A stretch of DNA of 62,720 bases, the filler included. It is 4 parts of 4 records of this genome, joined end to end, with 100 filler letters (N's around TTAATTAATTAA, not from the genome) between each part and the next. Parts side by side here need not be neighbours in the genome. Positions count along the whole stretch, not along the records: positions 24,538 to 40,290 come from DRR378314_2289; positions 40,391 to 47,373 come from DRR378314_2302; 2 more parts are not named here. One strand, 5' to 3'. The notes under the pieces are model-generated. The model worked only from the letters and a program-made list of their open reading frames with translations, made no database searches and was not told the origin of the DNA. The first letter of the stretch is position 1, and the number at the start of each line of letters is the position of its first letter. Of this stretch, positions 36,201 through 47,212 are shown one piece after another. The position numbers and the translations under genes are program-made.

Positions 36201-36679
36201 TCCCGATAGCGCAGAGATAGTTCGCGTCGTCCTGCCTAGCCCGCTGCTGTTGTAAGGTCACCGAGGTCTCTCCACTCTCTTGTAAGGTCTGCATACGAGC
36301 CTCTGTGATATTAACGTACCGAGAGCGACAAGAGAATTGCGTACATCCGGACGGAACGATCGCGACACGACCCGGACGCGCTCGACGCCGGCGCCGCAGA
36401 GCGCCTTCACAAGTGAGCGCCCAATGAATCCTGACCCGCCGAACACCGCAACGCAGCGTGGCGCAGCTTCGGGCAACACCGACCAGATCGAAAACCAAAA
36501 CCAAAACGTTGGACTAGCGTAAGCGATGCGCGCGCTTCCGTCCTCTCCGTGCAGGGCACAACCAGGTTTTCCTACGCACTTTCACAAAAGTTCGCAAATC
36601 TTGCGCGCTGCGAGTCGTAGCGCGCGGCGGGCAGCGGCGCGGGAGCGAAAGTGCGCGCAGTGCGCAGCTCCGCTCGCAT
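33208..36679 (-). CDS. NDUFA9-family atypical SDR (NAD(P)-binding), multi-exon
   Basis: Exons read VAVFGGSGFIGRSLV (~36346-36468), ADAAVNLVAILRE (~35944-36088), AEAAKAAGIKNMVHVSAIGAD (~35455-35582), PLFGGGEALFQPVYVHDVA...FEFGGPD (~34205-34390), 33707-33835 (...LTPDQ) and LLQQDNVV...LRDLGVTP...YIR* (ends 33208). The first exon and ATG at 36679 are tentative. Confidence 0.85.
33481..33600. repeat. Imperfect 30-bp minisatellite, 4 copies, intronic
   Basis: Units start at 33481, 33511, 33541 and 33571 (approx. GAGCCGCATNCAGCCTCGCNATACGCACGC), inside the last intron of the NDUFA9-like gene. Confidence 0.7.
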
Positions 36680-38925
36680 TGCGCCGCGCCGAAGGGGCAG
36701 GCGCCGCCGAAGCGGCACGGCGCGCTTGCAGAACGCGCAGCTCCCCGCTTCAACTACGGACTTTGTGCGACCAAGTACCAATGTATTTTTACCTCGTGTG
36801 AGTAAAGAGGTACTTCTGTATCATGTACACATAAAAACTTTCCTTTTTGCCCATGCTTCTTTCCTTTCCAACAGCAAGCCTCGGGAGGATCGCGGGCGGC
36901 GCGCGAGCGTTGGCGTGAGCAGCGCGAGCGCACTGCGCGAGGAAGCTCAGGGCAAGATTTGCACGTGCAAAGCAGCGCGCCGAAAGCACGGACATCTCCA
37001 CCCGTCAAATCTCCCTGCGCTGTATGAAATCAATTGGAATGCGGCTGCAAACACGCACGACTACCCCCCCCCCATGCGCGTACCTTGCGCTAGGGAAGTT
37101 GCGGAAGCCATTCCTTCGCTGGCAAGACACGGAGCTTCGAGTAAGAGTACAGCAAGCGCGTGCTTGACCACCGCTGTGCAAACGAGATCCTGCGTGCGGA
37201 GTGAGCGGGAATGGCATTCCGTAACCCTAACGTGCCGAGCAGCGGAGCTGTGCGGCGAAAGCCGCGGCCCTTCAGGTTCAGAAGCTGGCGCTCGCTGAGC
37301 CCTTCCGGGTCTATTCTTCGCAAACACGAGACGTTCATGCTTACCTCTTTGTTATTTCAACCTTGTAAAATAATTCCTGCGGGAGGTGGGACTAAAAATA
37401 GGTACATCGCTGCTCCTACACCCTCGCACTTCGGTTGCACAACGGCCTTGCCGCAGTGACGCAGCCTACAAGCAGCCTTCTCTGCCACCACACGACATTT
37501 GCAGCTGTTTTTCCAATGCACGTAGAGGGCAGGGCAAGGGCTTTCTCAATCTGCAACTTGCTTATGTGTTTTCAAAACCGAGTATACTAGCTATGTGGCA
37601 CGAGTTTGTGGATCTTTTTGCCCTCCAGAAAGGGGCAGGATGTTGGGCCCAGACGTGGCTGCGGAGCGTGTGGGGCGGCCGGGGGCCCTTGTCGCTCGGC
37701 AGCGTACCCGGGCTCCCAACGTCGCCACGACCCAGGGGGTCCATTTGCACCTTTCCAACCAGATTGGAGTCATTTCCACCACTAATTCAGTATATAGTAT
37801 GATAAAAGAAATAAAATTCCACTTGTTGGTACTGTACTGCCATTCTCCTCGAATTAGAGCAGATTCCTTCGGCCTAACGAAGACTTGCTATCCGGATCTC
37901 GTTTGTGAGAGAAAGCAGCTCGTGCAGATGCAACGTCAGGGCTAACCCTACTCAGCACACCTGCTCAACCTGTGCGCGAATGAGAGTGTGCTGACCCAAG
38001 TGCGCTCGGGCAAAGCGCAAAGCGCTTCCCCAGGACGACGCGTGCTTGCCGTTGCAGGCGACTCGTCGGCTTCCTCCTGCAACGACATTCTGGTGCTTTT
38101 CGTTGGGTATAAAGACACGAAAGTCTGTTCGTGAGACTCTTTCATCGCTCGTGTCAACACAAAGAGGCGTACACCGCTCTGTTGCGAAGAACGGCTGCCT
38201 GCTGGCGTGCCAGGGCACTTGCGCTGTGCGATGAAGGGCGAAGACAGCACGGTACGCGCTCGGGTTCTGGTCGGTGTGTGCTGTTGTTTCATCTAATTTC
38301 TGCGCTATTTTTTTTGCCGATATTTGCGAATACTCTCCTGTGATATGGTTATTGAGAATGGATATATTTGATTGAAAGGTAGAATGGTGAATAATATGGC
38401 GCGATAGGCGCCTTGAGGATTGTGTTCTACCACTCTGGGGAAAAGAGTTCTGCAGCCCACTCGGTGCTCTCAGCGAGTACTGCAAGTTGCTGTTCTACAG
38501 AGGCGAGAATGGCGCACCATAAGCGACTGGTGCCCCGGCACCTTGCATGCACTCGTCGAGCCGCGTTTTATCAGTGATTCTCTCCTTTCGCCTTCCCACA
38601 ACCCCAAATCTATTTGAAAATTGTACTATATTGATAGTTGAGGGCGAATTCGGAGTATTCACGCATAAATTATTGCCAAAGTCTGTCAGCTGAATGCGCA
38701 GGTTACGTGCAGCGTGCGCGCGTGTAGCACGAGCCGGCAGGCACTTTCCACGACCTGGGCGTCGGTCACTTCGTGCACAACGCTGCGGCCCTACCTCGCG
38801 ACCACCGCAGCTCGCCAGGGCGCCGCTTGCCTTGTTCTACGTACCCGCTTCGTTGGGAGTATCGTCTTCGATATTCCTCTTCTTGGATGTATGTGTAGAT
38901 GGGAGCTGAATCTTTTTTCTTGCAG

Positions 38926-39302
38926 AGGGAAAGCGACGGGAATGTATGCGGTGGGGAGGCCGACAAACGCACAACTGTGCGAACGCGAGCTCGCTCCTGA
39001 CTTTCCAACCGGCGCTCTGTTTGCTGTGCGCGACGCGCCTTTTGCTCAGGGAAAGGTGGCCGGGCACGAGTCTGGCGAGCTGCCTGCTGCCCCGCCTGCT
39101 CCTCCCTCCGGGGTATATCTCTTTTCGAAATCTGTTACGTACACCGATTCACAAATTAACAAGGGTCGTCTTGTCATAGCGGCGAGGCACGCGAAGTATT
39201 TCCCCGACTTGCGAACGCCGCAGTACCGCGACGGCCGGCGCTCTCCAGTTGTGCGCATTGAGCTGATTTGCGAGAACCGGCGCTTCGGAGCGGAGTTCAT
39301 GC
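38926..39302 (+). CDS. Exon encoding the N-terminal half of a B3-like DNA-binding domain
   Basis: YLFSKSVTYTDSQINKGRLVIAARHAKYFPDL resembles the B3 signature (LFxKxLTxSDVxxxxRLVIPKxHAxxYFP). It is bounded by a TTGCAG acceptor and a GTACGT donor. The other exons were not resolved. Confidence 0.55.
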
Positions 39303-40290
39303 GTACGTTCGTCGATACGGGTTGTACAGAATCCTGCAGTCAAACTGACTGGGTATACTGCAAGGCTGCCGCCCGACCGCCCGCGGCCTGCGTCACTGCC
39401 TTGACAGGCCGACCCTGTTGTGCGTTTCCGCTGTGCACGCTCGGCTGTGCCTGCAATGGAGTGCGTTGCATAGTCCACTGATCGCCTCGTATACAAGAGA
39501 GCAACTATTCCTTCAGATTGGTTCTCATACTGAGGCATATCATTGTGAGCGCGCGTGGTTTCGCTGGATCTTTGCTGGCGAAAATGAGCGTTCCGCAAAA
39601 TATGTCGCCCCCCGTCCACGGGGAAACCGCCGGGGCCGCGCGGCGCTGTTGCGCGCGCTCCCGCACAACCACGCCGCACCCCAGCCGCACATCTAGCTCT
39701 ACTTCCTGTGGTTGTTCCCGAATAGGCCGGTCATGGTGCAAAGATTTCGAAGATTTGTGAATAGCACATGTTTCGTGGATACTATCGCGCGCCGGCATGG
39801 TACTCTTCTTTTCTATTTGTTGTAGGGCGCTGCTGATGTGCTGTCGTTGGTTGGCTGCGGCCGGAGCTGGCACTGCTGCGGACGTCCGGAGCTCGCCGTC
39901 CCTTTGGAGGTAGCACACGTCCCCTCGCGGCGGCCATTGCAACGCTCGTCATCTCTGAGTTGACCGCCGCAGACGATGAACCTTTTCGCGAGGTGAAATG
40001 CACATGATAATCTAGGGTTCTCTCTGTTTCTATAGGAATCAATAATCGTGGTTCCGCGAGTATCGGGTTCCCGGACGAGGGAGGGAAAGTGTGCACGGTA
40101 GTCGGTGGCGAGGTTCGCGCGGACGTCGGCGTTGCGCTGATTTTCACAGGTGTTCGTGCGTTAGCGCCTGCCTCTGACAGCCTGCTGCGTGGCTCCCACC
40201 CAGTGGCGCCTGAGCTTTCGAGTCAGAAATATTCGCTAGCTGTGCTGATAATATGTATTGTTATTCTGGTCGCGAACCCGCCTGGTGCAA

Positions 40291-40390
40291 NNNNNNNNNN
40301 NNNNNNNNNNNNNNNNNNNNNNNNNNNNNNNNNNTTAATTAATTAANNNNNNNNNNNNNNNNNNNNNNNNNNNNNNNNNNNNNNNNNNNN
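40291..40390. other. Artificial contig spacer
   Basis: 44 N + TTAATTAATTAA + 44 N. Confidence 0.99.
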
Positions 40391-40488
40391 AGCGTGCCGC
40401 TGCTCAGCTGCGTGCCGCCATGACCCTTAGCGAAGAGCCTGCCGCAGCGGACACACTGCTTCAAGACACCTTCCGAGGAGAAGCCTGA
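40391..40488 (+). CDS. deoA: 3' end of a probable thymidine phosphorylase
   Basis: [31 protein letters not shown]; its TGA overlaps the deoB ATG (TGATG). The call rests on deo operon order and resemblance to the DeoA C-terminus. Confidence 0.6.
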
Positions 40489-41732
40489 TGCGTCGTGCGA
40501 TTGTATTAGTCCTTGATTCGTTTGGGATCGGTAGCGCCCCCGATGCTGATAAATTCGGCGACCAGGGTGCTGACACTCTGGGCCATATCGCTGCCGCCTG
40601 CGCCCGCGGTAACGCCGATACCGCTGAGCGCTCAGGCCCCCTAAAACTGCCCAACATGGCGGCGCTTGGCCTGTTCCACGCCCACCGCGATGCAACGGGA
40701 AGCGTCGCCGAAGGCGTTAACTTGCCAGCTCAGCTAACAGGTGCGTACGCCCACGCCAAAGAGATCTCCAGCGGCAAGGACACTCCTTCCGGCCACTGGG
40801 AAATTGCTGGCGTACCGGTGCGTTTTGACTGGGGTTATTTTCTTGATAAAACCAACAGCTTCCCCCTTGAACTGCTCGACGCCATCGTGCAAGAAGCCGG
40901 CCTCACTGGGGTGATTGGCAACTGCCACGCTTCGGGCACCGAGATCATCGCCCGCCTGGGTGAAGAGCACATAGCCACCGGCAAGCCCATCGTTTATACC
41001 TCGGCAGATTCGGTGTTTCAGATTGCCGCCCACGAGGAGCACTTTGGCTTAGAGCGTCTCTACGCGCTGTGCGAAACCGTGCGCGAGCTTCTCGAGCCCT
41101 ACAACATTGGCCGTGTGATTGCCCGCCCGTTTAACGGCGATGACAGCGCCAGTTTTACCCGCACCGGCAACCGCCGCGACTACAGCGTTGAGCCACCCAG
41201 CCCCACCGTATTGCAGAAACTGGCCGACGCGGGCGGCGAAGTGGTCTCGATTGGCAAGATCGCGGATATTTACGCGCATTGCGGCATTACCCATAAGGTC
41301 AAAGCCAGCGGCCACGACGCCCTGATGGAAGCCACGCTCGCCGAAGTAGCCCGCACCGCGCAAGAAACCAGCGACCGCCCAACCATGATCATGACCAACT
41401 TTGTTGATTTTGATTCGGTTTACGGCCACCGCCGTGACGTGCCGGGCTACGCCGCCGCGCTTGAGCATTTCGATGCCCGTCTGCCGGAACTGCTTGCCGC
41501 ACTCAACGATGATGACCTGTTGCTGCTCACCGCCGACCACGGTTGCGACCCCAGCTGGGAAGGCACCGAACACACCCGCGAATACGTGCCGGTGATGGTG
41601 CATGGCGCAGGGTTTGCCCCCGGCCCACTAGGCGAGCGCGACACCTTTGCCGATATCGGCCAGACATTAGCCGCCTTCTTCGCCGTTGAAGCGATGGAAG
41701 ACGGCAAGAGCTTTTTACCTAACGCTGCCTGA
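40488..41732 (+). CDS. deoB: Phosphopentomutase
   Basis: [56 protein letters not shown]. Confidence 0.97.
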   Translation: MRRAIVLVLDSFGIGSAPDADKFGDQGADTLGHIAAACARGNADTAERSGPLKLPNMAALGLFHAHRDATGSVAEGVNLPAQLTGAYAHAKEISSGKDTPSGHWEIAGVPVRFDWGYFLDKTNSFPLELLDAIVQEAGLTGVIGNCHASGTEIIARLGEEHIATGKPIVYTSADSVFQIAAHEEHFGLERLYALCETVRELLEPYNIGRVIARPFNGDDSASFTRTGNRRDYSVEPPSPTVLQKLADAGGEVVSIGKIADIYAHCGITHKVKASGHDALMEATLAEVARTAQETSDRPTMIMTNFVDFDSVYGHRRDVPGYAAALEHFDARLPELLAALNDDDLLLLTADHGCDPSWEGTEHTREYVPVMVHGAGFAPGPLGERDTFADIGQTLAAFFAVEAMEDGKSFLPNAA

Positions 41733-41786
41733 ACCGCAGCGTTGAGCGAATTAATCTGATTAAAAAACGATCAATAGGAGCGTTTT

Positions 41787-42512
41787 ATGGCAACACCACA
41801 TATCAATGCTGAAATGGGCGATTTCGCGGATACCGTTCTGATGCCTGGCGACCCGCTGCGCGCCAAGTACATCGCCGATACCTACCTGGAAAATGTTCGC
41901 CAGGTCAACGATGTACGCAGCATGTTCGGCTACACCGGCACTTACCAGGGCCGCGAAATTTCGGTCATGGGCCACGGCATGGGCATTCCGTCGGTGTCTA
42001 TTTATGCCAAAGAGCTGATTACCGACTACGGCGTTAAGTCGATTATTCGTGTGGGTTCCTGCGGCGCGGTACGCGACGACGTCAACGTACGTGATGTGGT
42101 TATTGGCATGGGTGCCTGCACAGATTCCAAAGTGAACCGCATGCGCTTTAATGACCACGACTTCTCGGCCATCGCTGACTTTGAGCTAACAAGCCACGCC
42201 GTTGCTGCCGCCAAGGCGCAGAATGTGCCAGTAAAAGTCGGCAATATCTTCTCAGCGGATCTGTTCTACAACCCGCAGACCGACATGGCCGAACTGCTCA
42301 AGCGCTACGGCATCGTGGGTGTGGAAATGGAAGCGGCAGGCCTTTACGGCGTTGCAGCAGAGTTTGGTGCTCGCGCACTAACCATCTGCACGGTGTCCGA
42401 CCATATCCTGAAAGGCGAGTCGCTCTCCAGCGCCGACCGTCAGACCACCTTCAACGACATGATGACGATTGCGCTAGACACCGTATTGCGTGACGACGCT
42501 GCTAAGGCCTAA
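41787..42512 (+). CDS. deoD: Purine nucleoside phosphorylase (DeoD type)
   Basis: [44 protein letters not shown] upstream. Confidence 0.98.
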   Translation: MATPHINAEMGDFADTVLMPGDPLRAKYIADTYLENVRQVNDVRSMFGYTGTYQGREISVMGHGMGIPSVSIYAKELITDYGVKSIIRVGSCGAVRDDVNVRDVVIGMGACTDSKVNRMRFNDHDFSAIADFELTSHAVAAAKAQNVPVKVGNIFSADLFYNPQTDMAELLKRYGIVGVEMEAAGLYGVAAEFGARALTICTVSDHILKGESLSSADRQTTFNDMMTIALDTVLRDDAAKA

Positions 42513-42535
42513 TAGCCATTGATGAGGATAACGCC

Positions 42536-42943
42536 ATGAGCCAAGCGGATCAGGCACTGGTTGACACGCTGCTGACCACTTTGGGCAACGCTTATGCGCC
42601 CTACTCCAACCATCCAGTCGCCGCGGTAATGGAGTGCCCAGACGGCCAGCAGTTTGCAGGCGCTAACGTCGAAGTGGCGCACTACAAAGGGCTGTGCGCG
42701 GAAGCCTCGGCGATTTCCGCCATGATCACCGCTGGCCAGCGTGAGCTTGCCAAGGTGTACGTGATGGGACCAGGCGAGCACCTGTGTACACCCTGTGGCG
42801 ACTGCCGCCAGCGCATCCGTGAATTCGCCACCCCAGAAACGCAAATTATGGTGCTTTCACACCAGGGCGACGTGCTAAAAACCTATACCATGGAAACGCT
42901 GCTTCCCGATGCCTTCGGCCCCGAGCAACTGCCGCCGCGTTAA
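42536..42943 (+). CDS. cdd: Cytidine deaminase (short, tetrameric type)
   Basis: AYAPYS, CAE and PCGDCRQ zinc motifs, LLPDAFGP. Confidence 0.9.
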   Translation: MSQADQALVDTLLTTLGNAYAPYSNHPVAAVMECPDGQQFAGANVEVAHYKGLCAEASAISAMITAGQRELAKVYVMGPGEHLCTPCGDCRQRIREFATPETQIMVLSHQGDVLKTYTMETLLPDAFGPEQLPPR

Positions 42944-42947
42944 GTGT

Positions 42948-43940
42948 TCAGGCTGTTTCCCGCATGACGAGCGTCACCGGCAGCGATACATGCCGGGGCG
43001 CTTTGCCTGCTAGCGCTTCGCCCAACAGCTCGACACTCATTGCCGCAATCGCTGCAATATCTTGACGAATGGTGGTTAACCCAGAGGCAAGCGCTGGCAG
43101 GTCATCAAAACCGGTCACTGCGACTTGGCCAGGCACGTCTATTTCCCGGTCTTCCAGCGCAGCGATACACCCTAGCGCCAGCTCGTCGGTGGCGCAGACT
43201 AGCGCATCAAACGGCAGCGCTTGCTCAGTTGTGATCTGCGCCAACGCGCGATTTAAATAACGATAACTGGTCAGTGAGTCTGAGCTGAATCGATGTGGCA
43301 GGCTAATTAGTTGCTCAGCGAGTCCGGCTTCATCCAGCGCCCGTCGGTAACCCTCTAAACGGCTATGAGGCCCCGGCACTTCCAGCTCACCACCGACAAA
43401 CGCAAGTTGTCGGCGTCCCTGAGCGATAAGGTGGTGCGTCATTTCATAAAACCCTTGGGCATCATTCGGTGCGACCGAAAAACCTCGCCCTGGGTTGCCA
43501 ATGCGCACAAAAGGCACGCCGGCATTTTCTAGCAAAGTAGGGCGCGCATCCTCAGAGGTTTCCCCCAGCAGAATAGCCGCGCCCGCCCGTTCTGGAAGCT
43601 CGGCAGTTTGATCGTGGTGGAAAAAGATCGGCACCATGCCTTGTTGGTGTAGAGCGACGGTTAAGTGTTGGTAGAGCAGAATATAGTAAGGACGCAGCTC
43701 GATATCCTGGCGTCCCAGGGAAATTCCTACCACTGCGGCTTTGCCACTAATCAGTTGCCTGGCCGCTGCGCTGGGCTGGTACGCCACTTCGCGGCTGATG
43801 GTAAGAATTTTTTCCCGCAACGCGTCGCTTAGCCCTGGCTTACCATTAAGTGCCCGACTGACCGAAGCAATAGAGACATCGGCCCGCCGGGCTATTTCGC
43901 GTATGGTCGCCGTTTGAGCGCTCTGTTTGGTCTGTTTCAT
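42948..43940 (-). CDS. LacI-family transcriptional regulator
   Basis: ATIREIARRADVSIASVSRALN HTH; VAVTGFDD...LTTIRQD sensor domain. Confidence 0.95.
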   Translation of the reverse strand: MKQTKQSAQTATIREIARRADVSIASVSRALNGKPGLSDALREKILTISREVAYQPSAAARQLISGKAAVVGISLGRQDIELRPYYILLYQHLTVALHQQGMVPIFFHHDQTAELPERAGAAILLGETSEDARPTLLENAGVPFVRIGNPGRGFSVAPNDAQGFYEMTHHLIAQGRRQLAFVGGELEVPGPHSRLEGYRRALDEAGLAEQLISLPHRFSSDSLTSYRYLNRALAQITTEQALPFDALVCATDELALGCIAALEDREIDVPGQVAVTGFDDLPALASGLTTIRQDIAAIAAMSVELLGEALAGKAPRHVSLPVTLVMRETA

Positions 43941-44016
43941 GCCATGCCTCAGCGATTCGGCTTATGATTGTGCCAAAAATTGTGCCGAAAATCGCTGAGC
44001 ATTGCGGTAAATCCAG

Positions 44017-45279
44017 CTACCAACCACGCCTCCCTATACGGGCAAGCTCGCTATCGAGCTGCTGAATTGCTTGTTCGGGGGAGGTATCACCGGATAGGGC
44101 GTCATGCACACGGTTGAACACGGCGTTAGACACCCGCGGATACGCTTCTCCAGTAACGCTCGCAGGACGTGGCACACCATTCATAACGGTTTCATAAAGT
44201 TCGCCAATAAGCGGGTGGGCTTCCAGCACCTCGGCATTTTCATAGAGCACAGGCCGCGTCGGATTTAGACCAAACTCAACGGCGTGAGCTTTCTGTTGCT
44301 CTTCAGCGGCGAGATAAGCCACTAGGTCAGCGGCGATATCAGGATGCTCTGAGTAGCGTGAAACCGCCCAGTTCCAGCCGCCAAGCGTCGCGACAGACTG
44401 CCCTTCGGGCCCGCGAGGTAACGGCGCGACGCCAAACTTGCCTTGAATGGGTGTGCCATCGGCCTGCCCCAACGACCAGGCATAGGGCCAGTTACGCATA
44501 AACACGGCGTTACCCGATTGGAACACCCCGCGAGCTTCTTCTTCCATATAGTTGCGCACGCCCTCAGGGCTGATGTCCCCCACCCAAGAGGCTGCTAGCG
44601 CAATGGCCTCTACAGCTTGGGGATTATTGATAGTGACTTGTCCATCGGCATCCACAAAAGTGCCGCCACCGTAGCTGGCTATCCACTCTAATGCATTGGT
44701 GGTCAGTCCTTCATAAGCGCGCCCCTGGAACACAAACCCATGCATGCGCGCATTACCTGCGTCGCGCTCAGATTGCTGGATATGCCGCGCAGTGTCCGTC
44801 AACGCCTGCCAGGTTTGCGGCACTTCAGCGTCGTACTTGTCCAACAAGTCCTGGCGGTAATAGAGCAACCCTGCATCCGTAAACCACGGCAACGCCACCA
44901 GCTTGCCCTGCACGGTATTGTTATCCATCAGCGAGGGAATAAAGCCGTCAGCCGCGCCTTCCGGCAGGTAGTCATTAAGGTCAACCAAATGGTCGGCAAG
45001 TAGCCCTGGCCACACAATATCCACCATCAGCACATCCACATCTTGCGATTGACTGCCTAATAGTTGCTGATAAAGCGACAACTTCTCAGTGGGTGATGCC
45101 GGGGTGGTGACGATATTCACTTGGTGACCATTAGCATCGGCCCACCGTTCTGCCAGGATTGGGCAAAAATCTGCCGCCCCACCATCGCCACAGGCAATGG
45201 TAATTTCAGCCGCCATGGCAGGCAGCGTTGTGGGCAGCAGGGCAAACAGTACCGCTGACGAGCGCAGGTAGTGACGCAT
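44017..45279 (-). CDS. Sugar ABC transporter substrate-binding protein (trehalose/maltose ThuE-like)
   Basis: Signal peptide, DIVWPG, LPWFTDAGLLYYR, YEGLTTNALEW, FMRNWPYAW, TLGGW. ATG at 45279 follows GAGGTG; the track uses a GTG at 45288. Confidence 0.9.
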   Translation of the reverse strand: MRHYLRSSAVLFALLPTTLPAMAAEITIACGDGGAADFCPILAERWADANGHQVNIVTTPASPTEKLSLYQQLLGSQSQDVDVLMVDIVWPGLLADHLVDLNDYLPEGAADGFIPSLMDNNTVQGKLVALPWFTDAGLLYYRQDLLDKYDAEVPQTWQALTDTARHIQQSERDAGNARMHGFVFQGRAYEGLTTNALEWIASYGGGTFVDADGQVTINNPQAVEAIALAASWVGDISPEGVRNYMEEEARGVFQSGNAVFMRNWPYAWSLGQADGTPIQGKFGVAPLPRGPEGQSVATLGGWNWAVSRYSEHPDIAADLVAYLAAEEQQKAHAVEFGLNPTRPVLYENAEVLEAHPLIGELYETVMNGVPRPASVTGEAYPRVSNAVFNRVHDALSGDTSPEQAIQQLDSELARIGRRGW

Positions 45280-45339
45280 AGCATTCACCTCTATTGTTAT
45301 TGGTAGGTAGGGAGCTAGTTAAAGGGTCGAGCCATCCAC

Positions 45340-46389
45340 CTAGCTGGCAATCGCTAGGCTGCGGTCTTCCTGGCTTGAAACAAAGCAGGCATCAAGCACA
45401 GTTTGAATTGCCGCGCCGCGCGCAAAGTCGGGTTGATCATTATTGCCACTGCGAATGCTCTCGACGAAGCGTTGGTAAATACTCGGCGTGGACGGTGCTT
45501 TCACAGTGCTCCAGCGGGCAGGATGTACGTCATCATCGAGACATACCTGCACATCCTCTTTTGAGGCGTCCAGGTCAATACGAATCGCGCCTTTATCGCC
45601 GTGCACACTCAGCGCCAGCGAGTTGTGATGCCCTGTTGCCCAGCGAGTGGCCTGAATAGTGCCTTTCGCACCATTGGCAAATGACACTCTCATCAGCGCG
45701 GTATCATTGGCATCCAGCACATACTCACCAATGCGGTTGTCTGGGGCTTTTTCAAAGCAGGTTAACTCGCAGTTAACGCGGGTAATGTCGCCAACGGGAA
45801 AGCTGGCAAAGTCGACAATATGCACACCAACATCACCTAATACGCCTTTGCTGCCGTGGGCTTCAGAAAGCCGCCACAACCACTGGCTATCTTCATTCCA
45901 GCGTCCCCAGGCGTTACTCACCAGCCAGCTTTGCCTATAACTGGCATCGACATGACGAACTTGACCAATCGCCCCTCCCGCAATCAGTGCACGCGCGTGC
46001 TGAATCGCTGGCGCATCGCGGTAGCTTAGGTTGACCATGTTGATCACATTAGAGGCCTGAGCAGCGGCCGCCATTTCATGGGCATCTTGTGCATTTGTCG
46101 CCAGCGGTTTTTCACACAGGATATGCTTACCTGCGGCAATAGCGGCCAGCGACGTGGCTTTGTGAACACCATCAGGGGTGACGTTACTTACCGCGTGAAT
46201 ATCATCCCGAGCCAACATGGCATCCAGGTCTTGATACACGTCGGCAATGCCATGATGCTCGGCAAACGCCTGAGCTTTGGCAAGGTCTCGGTCACACACA
46301 GCCACCACTTCGATGCCTTCAAGACGGCCAAAATGCTTGGCGTGCTCGCCAGCCATGCTGCCTGCACCAATTATCGCTAAACGGATCAT
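45340..46389 (-). CDS. Gfo/Idh/MocA oxidoreductase (ThuB-like)
   Basis: [26 protein letters not shown]; overlaps the thuA stop by 4 nt. Confidence 0.92.
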   Translation of the reverse strand: MIRLAIIGAGSMAGEHAKHFGRLEGIEVVAVCDRDLAKAQAFAEHHGIADVYQDLDAMLARDDIHAVSNVTPDGVHKATSLAAIAAGKHILCEKPLATNAQDAHEMAAAAQASNVINMVNLSYRDAPAIQHARALIAGGAIGQVRHVDASYRQSWLVSNAWGRWNEDSQWLWRLSEAHGSKGVLGDVGVHIVDFASFPVGDITRVNCELTCFEKAPDNRIGEYVLDANDTALMRVSFANGAKGTIQATRWATGHHNSLALSVHGDKGAIRIDLDASKEDVQVCLDDDVHPARWSTVKAPSTPSIYQRFVESIRSGNNDQPDFARGAAIQTVLDACFVSSQEDRSLAIAS

Positions 46390-47165
46390 TTAAAGCCCTC
46401 CTCGCCGGGTTTATGCAGGCTTTCGCCTTTAATCTCGACCGGATTAGGCGCTTGGTCAGCAGGCACATTAGGGCAGCTGTCGATCCATCGCGAGCCTTCC
46501 GGGCGTGCCCAGTTCACGGCGTTTTTCAACACGGTTTTCACCTGGGCATCGTAATAAATCGGATAGGTTTCATGGCCAGGGCGGAAATAGAAAATCTTGC
46601 CGTTGCCACGTTTGTAGGTCAGGCCGGAGCGGAACACCTCTCCCCCCTCAAAGGCACTGATAAAGATCACTTCATCGGGGTTAGGCACCGCAAACGGTTC
46701 GCCGTACATTTCGGTATGGGGCAGCTCAATGTAGTCCCCCAGGCCCTGAACAATCGGGTGACCTGGGTTCACTACCCACAGCCGTTCCCGCTCGCCCGCT
46801 TCACGCCACTTGAGTGAACACGTAGTTCCCATTAAGCGCTTAAAAATTTTCGAGTAGTGCCCCGAGTGCAGCACAATCAACCCCATGCCCTGGAGTACGC
46901 GTTTTTGAACGCGATCAACCGTCTCCTCCAACACATCGCCATGGGCGGCGTGGCCCCACCATAGCAGTACATCGGTGCTTTCAAGCATTGCTTCGCTCAA
47001 GCCCTGCTCTGGGTCTTGTAATGTGACAGCAGTGGCATCGATACCTTCTGCTTCGTTTAAACCTTCGGCGATGCACTGGTGCATACCCTTAGGGTAAATA
47101 CGCGCCACGATGTCATTGGTCTGCTCGTGGACGTTCTCCCCCCATACGGTCACGTTAATGCTCAT
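46386..47165 (-). CDS. thuA: Trehalose utilization protein ThuA
   Basis: [48 protein letters not shown]. Confidence 0.95.
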   Translation of the reverse strand: MSINVTVWGENVHEQTNDIVARIYPKGMHQCIAEGLNEAEGIDATAVTLQDPEQGLSEAMLESTDVLLWWGHAAHGDVLEETVDRVQKRVLQGMGLIVLHSGHYSKIFKRLMGTTCSLKWREAGERERLWVVNPGHPIVQGLGDYIELPHTEMYGEPFAVPNPDEVIFISAFEGGEVFRSGLTYKRGNGKIFYFRPGHETYPIYYDAQVKTVLKNAVNWARPEGSRWIDSCPNVPADQAPNPVEIKGESLHKPGEEGFK

Positions 47166-47212
47166 AGATTCTCCTTGCGCAATTAAACATCTTAAAAAAT
47201 GACAGCTGAGGC

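Noticed and set aside
36800-38700. Multiple 60-215 aa ORFs on both strands
   Set aside because: Arg/Ala/Cys-rich composition typical of random GC-rich frames; no supportable gene model.
43955-43992. TGGCAC motif as a sigma-54 promoter for lacI
   Set aside because: The -12 TTGC element is absent at the required spacing.
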